Translations under genes and position numbers: made by a program
In this document: positions 9,943-19,354 of the stretch, piece after piece
How the letters are laid out: the number at the start of each line of letters is the position of its first letter
How positions within the stretch are numbered: position 1 is the stretch's first letter
IMG/VR virus record: IMGVR_UViG_3300044761_000059
Span: 7,286 to 71,285 of that record
Length of the DNA: 64,000 nucleotides
Reading direction: 5' to 3' (one strand)
Source of the DNA: a virus
Notes under the pieces: generated by a model
What the model was told of the DNA's origin: nothing
Seen by the model: only the letters and a program-made list of their open reading frames with translations
Databases searched by the model: none

Positions 9943-10748
9943 GACGCGCCCACCACCTGGGCGACTTTTCCCAGCCGCTCCGGATCCGGTGGCTCGTGCC
10001 GGTACTCGAGCGTCGGGTGCTCCCGCCGCCAGAGGAGTTCTGCAGCCGGCTTGAGCAGCTCCGGGGGCATGACCATCTCCGCCATGTCCCCATAGTCCTG
10101 CAGGAGGATCGCCGCTTCCCGGACCCGCTGGGCCGTGAAGACGCCCTCGTCGTAGTAGGCGTTCCCCTCCCCCCAGCGGTCCCGGTCCTTCTGCTGCCAG
10201 GGCGGCTTGTCGTCCCGGAGGAAGGGTTCCTTGCTGTGCCGGACCGTGGCGCCCCCGCAGAGTACCAGCCGGTACCCGGCCGCCCGGCACTGGAGGCACA
10301 TGGCCAGGTCGTCCAGGAAGGTGATCCGCGGGTCGCACCGGGGTTCCCACGCGAGGTTGTAGAGCATGCAGAACCCGAAGAGGTTCGGGGCCTCGATGAT
10401 CCGGCCCTTCGCCTGGGGGTTTAGGATGGTCGCCCCGTCCTTGCTCTCCAGTGGGTTCACGATCCCGGCCCCGTCCACATGGAGGGCGGTGTTGACCAGC
10501 GCCTTCAGCCACCCCGCCTGGATGATTTCCGTGTCATCCTCCAGGACGCAGCAGAAGGGGGCGTTCCGCAAGCGGGCGGACACGAAGAGGCGCTGACGCT
10601 TCTCGGTCTTGGTGAATTCCTCCCCGATCTCGAACTGCATCACGGCCGGGATCCCCGGGTCCACCTTGGTGAGCGACTCGACCAGGCGCTTCAGGAGGGG
10701 GTTCCGGTCGGGGCCGTGCCGGGAGACCGCGCCGACGAGGACGTGCAT
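9939..10748 (-). CDS. GT2-like glycosyltransferase
   Basis: CVLEDDTE (DxD), FLDDLAMCLQCRAAGY...VRH. Confidence 0.75.
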   Translation of the reverse strand: MHVLVGAVSRHGPDRNPLLKRLVESLTKVDPGIPAVMQFEIGEEFTKTEKRQRLFVSARLRNAPFCCVLEDDTEIIQAGWLKALVNTALHVDGAGIVNPLESKDGATILNPQAKGRIIEAPNLFGFCMLYNLAWEPRCDPRITFLDDLAMCLQCRAAGYRLVLCGGATVRHSKEPFLRDDKPPWQQKDRDRWGEGNAYYDEGVFTAQRVREAAILLQDYGDMAEMVMPPELLKPAAELLWRREHPTLEYRHEPPDPERLGKVAQVVGAS

Positions 10749-11416
10749 CAGAAGACCTCCGTGAGGACGCTCTCGGCCGGGATCTCCATGGTGGCGAAGA
10801 GCGCGACCTCGATCGCGGTGATCAGCCGGGCGGCGTCCCCGGGCGGGCAATGGACCGTGAAGTGCGAACTGCCGAGCAGGCGGAAGCCCTTCCGGCCCTC
10901 GAAGGGCGGGTTGTCGTGCCGGACGACGACGGCGTGCGGCTTCGCGTAGCGGATGTCGGCGGGCCCGTCGCAGAAGAGGAGATCGGCGAGGTCGCCCTCG
11001 AGCGCGGGGCCGAGCTCGGAGGCCTCGCCGCGCCAGTAGTGGAGATTCGACAACTCCATCCGCTCCGAAAGCGATAGGACCGCCGCCCAGCCGGCGTCTT
11101 TCGTCCCCCCCTCACTGTAATCGTCGATCGAGTAGACCGCGGCCTCGGGTGCCCCGCCGGCGAGCCAGAGCGCGGAGTACCCGGTCCCCGAATACATCTC
11201 CACGATCACCTCGGGCCGGAGCTCGCGCGCGAGCGCGTAGAGGGCCACGCCCTCGGCCTTGAAGATGGAGATCGGCGACCCGAAGCCGGGGACCACGTAG
11301 CGGGGGCCCATCCAGGGCTGCCGCCCGGGGAGCTCCCGGGGATGCTCCTCCCGCGCCACGAGGATCCCCTCCACGGCCCTGTCCACCCGCTCCATGAAGG
11401 CCAGGAGGTCCTTCAC
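10748..11416 (-). CDS. class I SAM methyltransferase (Methyltransf_24-like)
   Basis: VIVEMYSGTGYSALW, YSIDDY, DLLFCDG. Confidence 0.75.
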   Translation of the reverse strand: MKDLLAFMERVDRAVEGILVAREEHPRELPGRQPWMGPRYVVPGFGSPISIFKAEGVALYALARELRPEVIVEMYSGTGYSALWLAGGAPEAAVYSIDDYSEGGTKDAGWAAVLSLSERMELSNLHYWRGEASELGPALEGDLADLLFCDGPADIRYAKPHAVVVRHDNPPFEGRKGFRLLGSSHFTVHCPPGDAARLITAIEVALFATMEIPAESVLTEVF

Positions 11417-12162
11417 ACTCGCTCCACAGCCCACGGCGCCCGGATCGCGCCCTCCTGGACCGCCGTCAACATGCCGCCGAAGGCCTCGACGTCCTCCGGC
11501 GTCCCGAGACCGTAGAAGCACTCGGCCTCGACGGCCTTGACCTTCGCCTGGTACCGCTCGATCAGCTCGTTGTAGCTGGGTGCCAGGTAGAACTCCCCCT
11601 TCGTCCGGTGGTTCTGGGCGATCAGGATGCAGCAGGCGTCCACCAGGTCCTGGGCGCGCCGCCACCAGTAAAAGCCGACGGTGGCCTGGTTGGAGATCGC
11701 CTGCTTCTCCCGGACCTCAGTCACCCATCCATCCACCTCGCGGACGTAGCTCCAGCGCTCCCCCTCGCCGCGGAAGGTGAGGATGTACCCGTCCCACCGC
11801 TCCGCGAGCGCCTGCTCCTGCAGCGCCTCCAGGTCCGCCTGGAACCACTGATCGGCGTTCATCACGGCCACGGGCTCCTCCGGCGGGAGGGCAAGCGCTA
11901 CGGCCAGCACGGTGCAGGCCGCTCCCTGGGTCGGCCCCGGGAGGAAGCTGAAGCGCGCGGTGCCCGGCCGCGGGAAGAAGCGCTCGACCAGAAGCCGGTG
12001 CTCGTCCAGCGCCACGGGATGGATCTGCCACCAAGGAGGGACCGGCTCCAGCGCCCACTCGATCATGGACTTGCCGCCGATCCGGATGAACGGCTTCGGG
12101 GTCGTGTAGCCCGCCTCGCGGAAGCGTTTGCCAGCGCCGGCCATGGGGATGATCAGGTGCAT
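11413..12162 (-). CDS. nucleotidyltransferase (BcbE/NTP-transferase-like)
   Basis: IIPMAGAGKRF...PKPFI, TQGAACT, EVREKQAISNQATVGFY, GEFYLAP, GLGTPED. Confidence 0.85.
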   Translation of the reverse strand: MHLIIPMAGAGKRFREAGYTTPKPFIRIGGKSMIEWALEPVPPWWQIHPVALDEHRLLVERFFPRPGTARFSFLPGPTQGAACTVLAVALALPPEEPVAVMNADQWFQADLEALQEQALAERWDGYILTFRGEGERWSYVREVDGWVTEVREKQAISNQATVGFYWWRRAQDLVDACCILIAQNHRTKGEFYLAPSYNELIERYQAKVKAVEAECFYGLGTPEDVEAFGGMLTAVQEGAIRAPWAVERV

Positions 12163-12795
12163 TCAGGCTCCCCTCCCTGCGGGCAGCCCCTCCATGATGG
12201 CCGGCAGGAGGGCCCGCGTGACCTCCCACGGCCCGGTCACGGCGATCAGCCGGCACCCCGCGGCGAGCGCCGCCTGCTGCCCCGGGGGCGAGTCCTCCAC
12301 GACGGTCATCAGGAGCGGGTCCACCCCCAGGCGCGCCGCCGCCACCTGGTAGATCTCCGGGTGGGGCTTCGGCCGTCGGACGTCCTCGTTCGAGAGGACG
12401 AACTCCACGAAGGGGAAGATGCCCGCCAGGTCCACCATCAGCTCCACGCTCTGCCGGACCGCGTTGCTGCAGACGCACATCCGGACCCCGGCCCCTTTCA
12501 GGCCCCGGAGGAGCGCCACCTTCTCCGGGTCGGGCTTGCAGGCCCCGAGGATCGCCTCCAGGGTGAACCGCTGCTTTTCGGCCGCAATCCCGGGCACGTC
12601 CTCCTCCCGGATCCGCCGGGCCTTCACCAGCGCGGCCAGCTTCACCCGGGTCGGGAGGCCCTTCGCCCAGGCCACGTGCTCCTCCATGCTGATCGTGGTC
12701 CCCCGCGGCTGCAGGGCCCGGTTCAGCGCGATCCGGTGGGGGGCGTCCATGTCCACCAGCACCCCGTCCAGGTCCCATGCGAGGTGCTGGGTCAC
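12163..12795 (-). CDS. HAD-superfamily phosphatase
   Basis: WDLDGVLVD, CSNA, KPHPEIY, VVEDSPPG. Confidence 0.9.
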   Translation of the reverse strand: MTQHLAWDLDGVLVDMDAPHRIALNRALQPRGTTISMEEHVAWAKGLPTRVKLAALVKARRIREEDVPGIAAEKQRFTLEAILGACKPDPEKVALLRGLKGAGVRMCVCSNAVRQSVELMVDLAGIFPFVEFVLSNEDVRRPKPHPEIYQVAAARLGVDPLLMTVVEDSPPGQQAALAAGCRLIAVTGPWEVTRALLPAIMEGLPAGRGA

Positions 12796-12796
12796 T

Positions 12797-13135
12797 TCAC
12801 GACTCCCCCTCGAGGGGCGGCCTCCGCGCCTTGATGGCCCGCACCACGTCCCGATCCGTGGGCGCGGTCTTCCCCGCGGGGGCGTGCTCGCATGGCCAGC
12901 AGAACCTCCCGCGGTTCGCCTCTCGCAGCCGGCATCCGCAGCGGTCGCACCGTCCAGGGATCCTGGGCGGCGGCGGCGGCTGCTTCGGAGCCGGCCCCGG
13001 CGTCGTCCGCCGGGACTTCAGGGGCGTGTCGATCGGCCGGTCGAGGCGCGCCCGCTGGTAGTGTCCCGAACAGAGGCCCGTCAGGTACTGCTTGCGCGGG
13101 CATCCACCCGGGACTGGGGCCTTGCACGGCTTCAC
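12797..13135 (-). CDS. small Cys/Zn-rich hypothetical protein
   Basis: C..PGC...GLCSGHYQR and CDRC...CWPC motifs. Confidence 0.5.
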   Translation of the reverse strand: MKPCKAPVPGGCPRKQYLTGLCSGHYQRARLDRPIDTPLKSRRTTPGPAPKQPPPPPRIPGRCDRCGCRLREANRGRFCWPCEHAPAGKTAPTDRDVVRAIKARRPPLEGES

Positions 13136-13144
13136 CCTCGCCGC

Positions 13145-13948
13145 TCACGGGCCCGGCCGCCGGCGTGCGTGGACCCACAGCCACCCATCCGGCCGCCCGC
13201 GCTCGCGCCGATCCCAGGACACTGCCGTCGTATCCATCTCCGTCCGCCAGACCTTCTGCTGGGCGAAGCCGACCAGGGGGAGGTAGGCCCCGATCTCTTC
13301 CTCATTGCAGACGACGTCCCCCGGCCCGGCGTAGGAGCTCGGGTCCCCCCGTTCGAACCATCGGACGTGCTTCCCTGAGTCGTCCGCGTTCAGTTGGACC
13401 AGCAGCCGGCCTTCCGGCCGGAGCACCCGGGCGAACTCCTGGAAGTAGCGGTGCCGGACGGGGAAGAACTGGAGGTGCTGCAGGGCGATCGTGGAGACCA
13501 CCGCGTCGAAGGACTCGGGCGGGAAGGGCAGGCTTCCGTCGCCGGGGATGGCCACGAAGGTCGCCCCCGGCACGATCTGGGTCGCCCGGGCCAGGGCGAT
13601 CCGGCTCACGTCCACCCCGACAACGTGCCCAGCCTTCCCGATGTCGGAGTCCACGGTATGCAGGGCGAGTGCTGTGATCCGGCCGATACCGCAGGCGAAG
13701 TCGAGCACTCGGTCCCCGAACCTAAGCTCGTGGAGGGCCGGCTGGACCACCAGGTGGTGGAGCGCCATTTGTCCCGGCAAGTTCCCGACTAGGTTCTCCG
13801 TCGGGATGGCCTCGCAGTACTCCCGGCAGGCGCGTGCGTAGCCCTGGATCTCCGCGTCGGTCGTCCTGGCGAGCAGGTCCACCTGGTCGGCGGTCACGGC
13901 CATAGCGTTCCGGGCCATCATCCTCTCGGCCACCTCCTCCAGCCTCAT
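13145..13948 (-). CDS. class I SAM methyltransferase
   Basis: VLDFACGIGR, GVDVS, LPFPPESFDAV, ARVLRPEG. Confidence 0.85.
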   Translation of the reverse strand: MRLEEVAERMMARNAMAVTADQVDLLARTTDAEIQGYARACREYCEAIPTENLVGNLPGQMALHHLVVQPALHELRFGDRVLDFACGIGRITALALHTVDSDIGKAGHVVGVDVSRIALARATQIVPGATFVAIPGDGSLPFPPESFDAVVSTIALQHLQFFPVRHRYFQEFARVLRPEGRLLVQLNADDSGKHVRWFERGDPSSYAGPGDVVCNEEEIGAYLPLVGFAQQKVWRTEMDTTAVSWDRRERGRPDGWLWVHARRRPGP

Positions 13949-14556
13949 GGGCGCCTCGTCCACCAGAGCTGGTCGGGGCCCAGTTCCGGCATGGGCCAGC
14001 GGAGCGCGGTCAGCACCGCCCCCACGGCCTCCTGGACCTCCCCGATGCCCCAGTTGTGCCCGCAGAGGATCCCCCGGGGCTTCACGATGGCGTGCCAGGC
14101 GGCCACGTCGGCGGCCACGGCCGCCCGGGAATGGTCGGCGTCCAGGAAGACCAGATCGGCCGAGAGCTCGGCCATCGCCTGGGCCGCCTCGAGGCTACGC
14201 CCCTGGACGGCCACGATCCGACCACCCAGGGCTATGGTCGCCCGGGCCACCTGGTGGGCGTAGCAGTCGAGGGTCCCCTCCCGCTTCCCCCCGATCCGGC
14301 CCAGCTGGCCCCCCTCCTGGACCCAGCGGTCGCTGGCCCGGAAGGTGTCCACGGCCAGGACGGTCGGCCCGGCCATGGCCATGGCGCACGCGGTCCACCC
14401 GCACCAGGCCCCGACGTCCACGCAGAGCCCCGTGTCGCTGATCTCCAGCGCCCGGGCGTGCAGCCAGGCTGCGGTCTCCGACCCGCTCAACCGGCGCTCC
14501 TCCGGGAAGAGGGCCTGGAGGAGTTCCAGAGCGGTCGCTTGGGCCGGCTGGATCAT
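13945..14556 (-). CDS. Methyltransf_24-family SAM methyltransferase
   Basis: VDVGAWCG, AVDTF, DLVFLDADHS, VKPRGILCGH. Confidence 0.85.
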   Translation of the reverse strand: MIQPAQATALELLQALFPEERRLSGSETAAWLHARALEISDTGLCVDVGAWCGWTACAMAMAGPTVLAVDTFRASDRWVQEGGQLGRIGGKREGTLDCYAHQVARATIALGGRIVAVQGRSLEAAQAMAELSADLVFLDADHSRAAVAADVAAWHAIVKPRGILCGHNWGIGEVQEAVGAVLTALRWPMPELGPDQLWWTRRP

Positions 14557-15245
14557 GGCCCCCACCATGGGTCCACGGGTTCCAGGGCGCCGCCGCCCTG
14601 CAGGGCCTCCAGGAGGTGCGGGAAGTCGGTGCAGATCCCGTCGGCTTCCCCCCACGCCTTCCAGAGCCCCAGGTCCAGGGGCCGCCCGTGTAGCTCCGGG
14701 CTCACCACGTAGGCGGACTTTCCGGCGGCGTGGACGGTCCGGATCGTGTCGGCCGTGACCCAGTCCCGCTCGAAGGCGTCCAGCCAGACGCCCTGGCCGA
14801 TCGCGGACAGGGCGAGGTACAGGGGCTCGTCCTCCCGGTCAGAGGCCCGCGTCATGATCCCGGGGCACTCGATATTCACCATGTACTTGCCCGTGTCCAT
14901 CGGCCCGCAGTCGGTCCCCTCGAGCATCAGCTCATGATCGAAAACGACGGAACGGTCAGCCATCCCGTGCCTCCGAATGAACTCCACGAGAGGTTCTGCT
15001 GCGCTGACAATCTTCAGGTTCCACGCCAGGAGGGGCGCCGTGAAGAGCGAGGTCATCTCCGCGCTCAGGAGCAGGGTCGGGTCCCCTGGTTCGTGCTGGA
15101 TCACGAGGTCCTTGCCTCCCCAGAGGCGGATGTCGAGCTCGATCCCGTAGCCCGCCTTCACCGCGGCCCAGAAGGCGTTCGAGTTGTTCTGGTGCTTCGT
15201 CTCCGGCCACCAGAGCCCGCGGTGCGCGATCGGGAGCGGAGACAT
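14553..15245 (-). CDS. glycerophosphodiester phosphodiesterase/PI-PLC-like protein
   Basis: IAHRG, GIELDIR, VSPELHGR, GICTDFP. Confidence 0.8.
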   Translation of the reverse strand: MSPLPIAHRGLWWPETKHQNNSNAFWAAVKAGYGIELDIRLWGGKDLVIQHEPGDPTLLLSAEMTSLFTAPLLAWNLKIVSAAEPLVEFIRRHGMADRSVVFDHELMLEGTDCGPMDTGKYMVNIECPGIMTRASDREDEPLYLALSAIGQGVWLDAFERDWVTADTIRTVHAAGKSAYVVSPELHGRPLDLGLWKAWGEADGICTDFPHLLEALQGGGALEPVDPWWGP

Positions 15246-15412
15246 GCGGTTTCCTCTTAGCGTCTGCCGGGCCCACGGGCGGGACCGTAGGCCGGGACCA
15301 CCCGCGGGGGATCCGGCAGACCCTGCTGGCCCGGCGGGCAGACCTGAAGGCCAGGGCACCCCGGCGGACCGGCAGGCTTGTTGGCTTGCGAACTGGCTAG
15401 TCGGTTAGCTAA

Positions 15413-16420
15413 CTAGCCCGTGGTCACCGACGCAAGAATCGTGGCGAGCTTGTTCGACACGATCTTTTCGTCCTGGTAGTACCCGACCTCCATCATCTCG
15501 CCCTTGAGCACCTTGTCGTACCCGAGGTCCTCCACGGCCATGTCCGGGATCCCCGGCCGGCGCCACCGGAAGGAGTAGCCGTAGGCCGGCGTTTCCTTCG
15601 ACGCCCGCTCCGGGGAGTAGTACACGAGCACGTGCGGCCCCCAGATGTCCGCCAGGGTCATGGAGAGCCCCTCGGCGGCGGTGTTCCGCATGACCCCGCC
15701 GATGTCGACGGAGCTGAAGTCGAAGAGCTGACCGACCTGGGGCAAGGTCACTAAGCCGGCTCCGGCCCCTCCACCGGCGGCCGGGAAGAGGAGCGTTCTG
15801 ACGTTCGCGTTCCGGCGGAAGTCCTTCCACGCCTTCCAGCCGAAGACTGCCCGGTTCGGCCGGTACCCGGTGACGTCGCGCACCCGCTCGATCGCCAGGT
15901 CGATGTCCTTGATCGGGTCGGCGTTGGTCCGGTCATTCCAGGTGCTGCTCACCAGCGCGAAGGTGTTCACGTTGCTGGTGTTGACCACGATCCCCGCCAC
16001 CCGGTTCTCCCAGTCCAGGTTGAGCAGGTCCTTCAGGAAGCGGGACTTGTTCTCCCGCAGGGCCAGCACCTCGTCCGCGTTCACCGCGTCCTCGAGGCTG
16101 ACCCCGGTGGCCAGCGCGTAGTTGCGGCAGAAGAAGGTCGCGCTGGCGACGTTCAGGTCCACCCGCTTGGCGGCGGTCAGCGGGGCGCGAACCGTGTTCG
16201 GGATCCGCCAGAGGTCTCCCTGCGTGAACTCGAAGTACAGATCGGACTGCTTCCCGACCGGCACCTCCGGGAAGATCCGGTCGGCGATGAACCCGCCGGG
16301 CCGGTAGTTGATCAGGATGTTGCTGAGCGGGCCGTCGATGTGCAGGTCCCGCCCCGTCGCGTCGTACCGGCGCAGCTCGGTGATCGAGCCGTCCGGGTTC
16401 ACGAGCTTCACGACTCGCAT
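15413..16420 (-). CDS. major capsid protein
   Basis: 335 aa; FIADRIFPEVPVGKQS, DPIKDI...G.RPN pattern of phage capsid proteins; follows protease and decoration genes. Confidence 0.85.
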   Translation of the reverse strand: MRVVKLVNPDGSITELRRYDATGRDLHIDGPLSNILINYRPGGFIADRIFPEVPVGKQSDLYFEFTQGDLWRIPNTVRAPLTAAKRVDLNVASATFFCRNYALATGVSLEDAVNADEVLALRENKSRFLKDLLNLDWENRVAGIVVNTSNVNTFALVSSTWNDRTNADPIKDIDLAIERVRDVTGYRPNRAVFGWKAWKDFRRNANVRTLLFPAAGGGAGAGLVTLPQVGQLFDFSSVDIGGVMRNTAAEGLSMTLADIWGPHVLVYYSPERASKETPAYGYSFRWRRPGIPDMAVEDLGYDKVLKGEMMEVGYYQDEKIVSNKLATILASVTTG

Positions 16421-16458
16421 CGCTCAGGTCCCTTATCGGCACTCGGCCAGACGGCGGT

Positions 16459-16875
16459 TCAGGCGCTCGCCACCATCGTCGGGTGCGGGAAGGCGTGGAT
16501 CGTGGCGATCCCGCCGGATCCCACGGTCACCAGGCTCTGGGCCACCAGCTTGGTGAGCGAGCCCTGGTTCGTCCACAGGGAGGCGTTGAACGTCCCCTTG
16601 TTCCCCTTGATGAAGAACCCCGACTGCACCGTCAGGTAGTCCCCCGGGGCGACGGCGTTGCCCACACGGCCCTTGGTCACCCCGTGGAACGTGAGGGTGC
16701 AGTGGTCGTCGAGCTTGTGCTTTCCCTCCACCACGCCGATGTAGTTGTCGCCGGCGACGTTCGCCAGCACGACCTCGCCGTTGGCGTCAATCGCCACCGG
16801 CGCGTACTGGGCCGCACTCAGGTCGGCGCCAGCCACCAGCGCGTGGGGCAGGGCGATGATCCCCTTCTCGGCCAT
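16459..16875 (-). CDS. capsid cement/decoration protein (DUF2190-like)
   Basis: AGADLSAAQY...IGVV...G.TK..G..V..GD.L pattern; between scaffold and capsid genes. Confidence 0.7.
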   Translation of the reverse strand: MAEKGIIALPHALVAGADLSAAQYAPVAIDANGEVVLANVAGDNYIGVVEGKHKLDDHCTLTFHGVTKGRVGNAVAPGDYLTVQSGFFIKGNKGTFNASLWTNQGSLTKLVAQSLVTVGSGGIATIHAFPHPTMVASA

Positions 16876-16928
16876 GTCTGGGTCCTATGGCGCCACTTCG
16901 GGCAGTATCAGACGGTCGGGCTGAGCGC

Positions 16929-18839
16929 CTAGCGCCCCGCCAGTGCGTACCGCTCCTTGAGGTCCTGATCGGCGGCCATGATCGCCTCGAACGCCGCCTT
17001 GTACTCCATCTTCGTCGGGCCGCCGTGTTCGTTCTGGTACTTGACCACCTTCCGGTGGACGTCCGCCTTGATGTCCGCGGTGTCCTCGGCGCCCTCCGCG
17101 TGTCCGCTGCCCTCGCCGCGGGTGAGTTCCTTCTCCACGAACTGCCCCTGCACCGGCAGCTTCCCGTAGAACGCCATGCGGGCCTCGAGCTGCGTCTGCT
17201 TGATGTCCTTCCCCTCGAGCTGGAAGGTGATCACCTTGGCGTCGTCGCAGTGCTCGAGGTCTCGGGTTACCTCCCCGGCCATCGCCGGGACGATCCGCTT
17301 CTGGCGGACCAGGTCCGCCACGAACGTCTTGATCCGGTCGCTCCTGCGGTCCGCCCGGATCTTCCGGTTCTCTTCCTGGAGTTCGGTGAGCTGCTGCTTG
17401 AGGGCTGGCAGCTCCATCGTGAGGGCGGACTCGTTGGCGCGCTGGCTGGTGAGCTTGGTCTCCAGCTCCGTGACCTTGGCCTTCAACTCCGCGATCTCCT
17501 TGTCCTTGGGCTCCATCTCACGTGCCCCTTCACCCACTGGGGGATGGGCAGCGCCGGCGGCGCCGGCCGTTTTGCCATGGGCCTTCGCCCCCTGGCCTTC
17601 CGATTCCTTGCTCTCCAGGTACCCGTTGTCGAAGCACCACGTCTTCAGCGAGTTGCACATCGCCCCAGGCTCGTCGGCCGCCTGCCCGACACTCGACTCC
17701 ATGCACCGGGTCCGGAACCCCTCCCCCGGGCTGAACTTCGTGCAGAGCCCCTCGCTGAAGCCGGCGTAGAGCTTGGTCGCCGGGTCGTAGGTGACCTTCA
17801 GGGCCCGGATCCCCGCGAAGGCCATCTTCTCCGCGCACGCCGGGCAGGCGCGGGCCACCGCCTCCCGGCTCATCCAGAGCACGAGCCGCTCGTCCTGGCC
17901 GTAGCCCCCCTTCTTGGCCTTGATCGCCGCCTCCTGGGCCTGGGCCTCGCCCTCGGTCGGGTGGCAGCCCAGGGTCTCCCCGCTCCCCTGGGCGATCAGG
18001 CACCACTTGTCGCCACGCTTCTCGATCGTGTAAGTCCGTGGCGCCTTCTTCTTCTTGCCGCGGGCCGCCTCCGCCTCGCCCTCCTCGACGCCGCCCGGGA
18101 AGAGATACGCCTCCCGCGCCTCGTACAGGTCGCAGATGCCTTCAGCCGCGATCTCCCCGTGGACCAGGGTGCAGGCCCCGACGGCCCCGAGCTCGGCGTT
18201 GCCCAGGTAGAAGCGGCAGGTCCCGCACCGCTCGAGGGTGCCGTCCGAGAGCCGGTAGGCGACGTCCTCCTTGCGCTTCAGCTGCAGGCCGCCCCAAGCC
18301 TCGCCCATGTAGGTGCGGAACTCGTGGCCTGCCTCGTCCTTGCCCTTCGCCTCGAGGCCGAGCTTCTTGTAGAGCGCCTCGATCCCGGCCAGGTCCGTGA
18401 CGGCCGGGATCTCGGCCCCCAGGAGCGAGACCGCCTTGAGCACCCGGGGGAAAACGTCCTTGCCCTTCTGGAAGTTCCAATAAATCTCGGCGCTCACCCG
18501 GCGGTAGGCGCCCTTCTTGATGAGGTCGGCCAGCCGCTTGGGCACCTCCATGAAGTCGGCCAGGAGCTTCTTCCCTTGGACCCGGAGGTTCCGCACCCAC
18601 CCGAAGGCCGGCATCCCCTCCTTCTTCAGGAGCGCGGCCGTGTCGTCGTCCTCCATGTGCCCGAGCTTGAGCGGCGCCTCGAAGCCGACCTTGTCGGCGG
18701 CGCCGACCATCTGCTCGAGGTCGGCCACGTCGTAGGTGTCGCCGTTGTGGACGCCGGTGGCGAACACCTCGATCCCCAGGATCTCGACGGTCTCCTTCGC
18801 CTTGTAGAGCCTGACCTTCCCCGCCGCCGCGTTCCCCAT
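16929..18839 (-). CDS. Mu gpI-like prohead protease/scaffold polyprotein with inserted Cys-rich domains
   Basis: PLKLGH, PAFGWV, YRRVSAEI, LKAVSLLGAEIPAV protease motifs; C-terminal coiled-coil scaffold. Confidence 0.85.
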   Translation of the reverse strand: MGNAAAGKVRLYKAKETVEILGIEVFATGVHNGDTYDVADLEQMVGAADKVGFEAPLKLGHMEDDDTAALLKKEGMPAFGWVRNLRVQGKKLLADFMEVPKRLADLIKKGAYRRVSAEIYWNFQKGKDVFPRVLKAVSLLGAEIPAVTDLAGIEALYKKLGLEAKGKDEAGHEFRTYMGEAWGGLQLKRKEDVAYRLSDGTLERCGTCRFYLGNAELGAVGACTLVHGEIAAEGICDLYEAREAYLFPGGVEEGEAEAARGKKKKAPRTYTIEKRGDKWCLIAQGSGETLGCHPTEGEAQAQEAAIKAKKGGYGQDERLVLWMSREAVARACPACAEKMAFAGIRALKVTYDPATKLYAGFSEGLCTKFSPGEGFRTRCMESSVGQAADEPGAMCNSLKTWCFDNGYLESKESEGQGAKAHGKTAGAAGAAHPPVGEGAREMEPKDKEIAELKAKVTELETKLTSQRANESALTMELPALKQQLTELQEENRKIRADRRSDRIKTFVADLVRQKRIVPAMAGEVTRDLEHCDDAKVITFQLEGKDIKQTQLEARMAFYGKLPVQGQFVEKELTRGEGSGHAEGAEDTADIKADVHRKVVKYQNEHGGPTKMEYKAAFEAIMAADQDLKERYALAGR

Positions 18840-18855
18840 CGTCGAACCCCCGCGA

Positions 18856-19014
18856 CTAGCGCATGAACTCGAGCAGCTCCTCGACCGTCGTGCAGACCTT
18901 GACCTGGTCTCCCCGGCTGGCCACTGCCCGCATCTCGAAGGCCTCGTGGGGGCAGAAGGTCAGCCGGTATGTGTCGTCGTAGGTGGTCCCGCAGGCCTCG
19001 CAGATGACCGTCAT
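18856..19014 (-). CDS. small Zn-binding hypothetical protein
   Basis: CEAC...CPH; ATGA overlap. Confidence 0.5.
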   Translation of the reverse strand: MTVICEACGTTYDDTYRLTFCPHEAFEMRAVASRGDQVKVCTTVEELLEFMR

Positions 19015-19340
19015 AGCTTCCCCGTGATGTCCTCCGCCATGCGGATCCCGCACTGGGTACAGAACGGCGGGCCGTTCAGCGCGACGTCCTCGACACGGAT
19101 TTCCCGGGTAATCCCCGGGTGGCCGTAGCACATGTAGACCTTCTTCTTCGGGGGCGCCGGCGCTTCGGTCCGGGTGACCTCCACCTGGACGGCATCGCCC
19201 ACGGGGACCGCTGATCCTGCCGTGTTTTGGGCCGGCGCCACCACACTCCCGCTCTGGGGCGGGCTTCCCTGGTCCGTCTCCGCTGGCTGGTACCCCCCCT
19301 TCGGCCGTACCCCCCGTCCCTCTCTGCGTGGGCTGCCCAT
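19011..19340 (-). CDS. hypothetical protein with C-terminal Zn ribbon
   Basis: YMCYGHP...CTQCG; GGAGAGG-type RBS. Confidence 0.5.
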   Translation of the reverse strand: MGSPRREGRGVRPKGGYQPAETDQGSPPQSGSVVAPAQNTAGSAVPVGDAVQVEVTRTEAPAPPKKKVYMCYGHPGITREIRVEDVALNGPPFCTQCGIRMAEDITGKL

Positions 19341-19354
19341 GGTTCCCCTCCTCC

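Noticed and set aside
15250-15410. Structured intergenic region after the capsid gene as a riboswitch or ncRNA
   Set aside because: A long hairpin (GTCTGCCGG...CCGGCAGAC) is present but no recognisable conserved motif; probably an attenuator or stability element.
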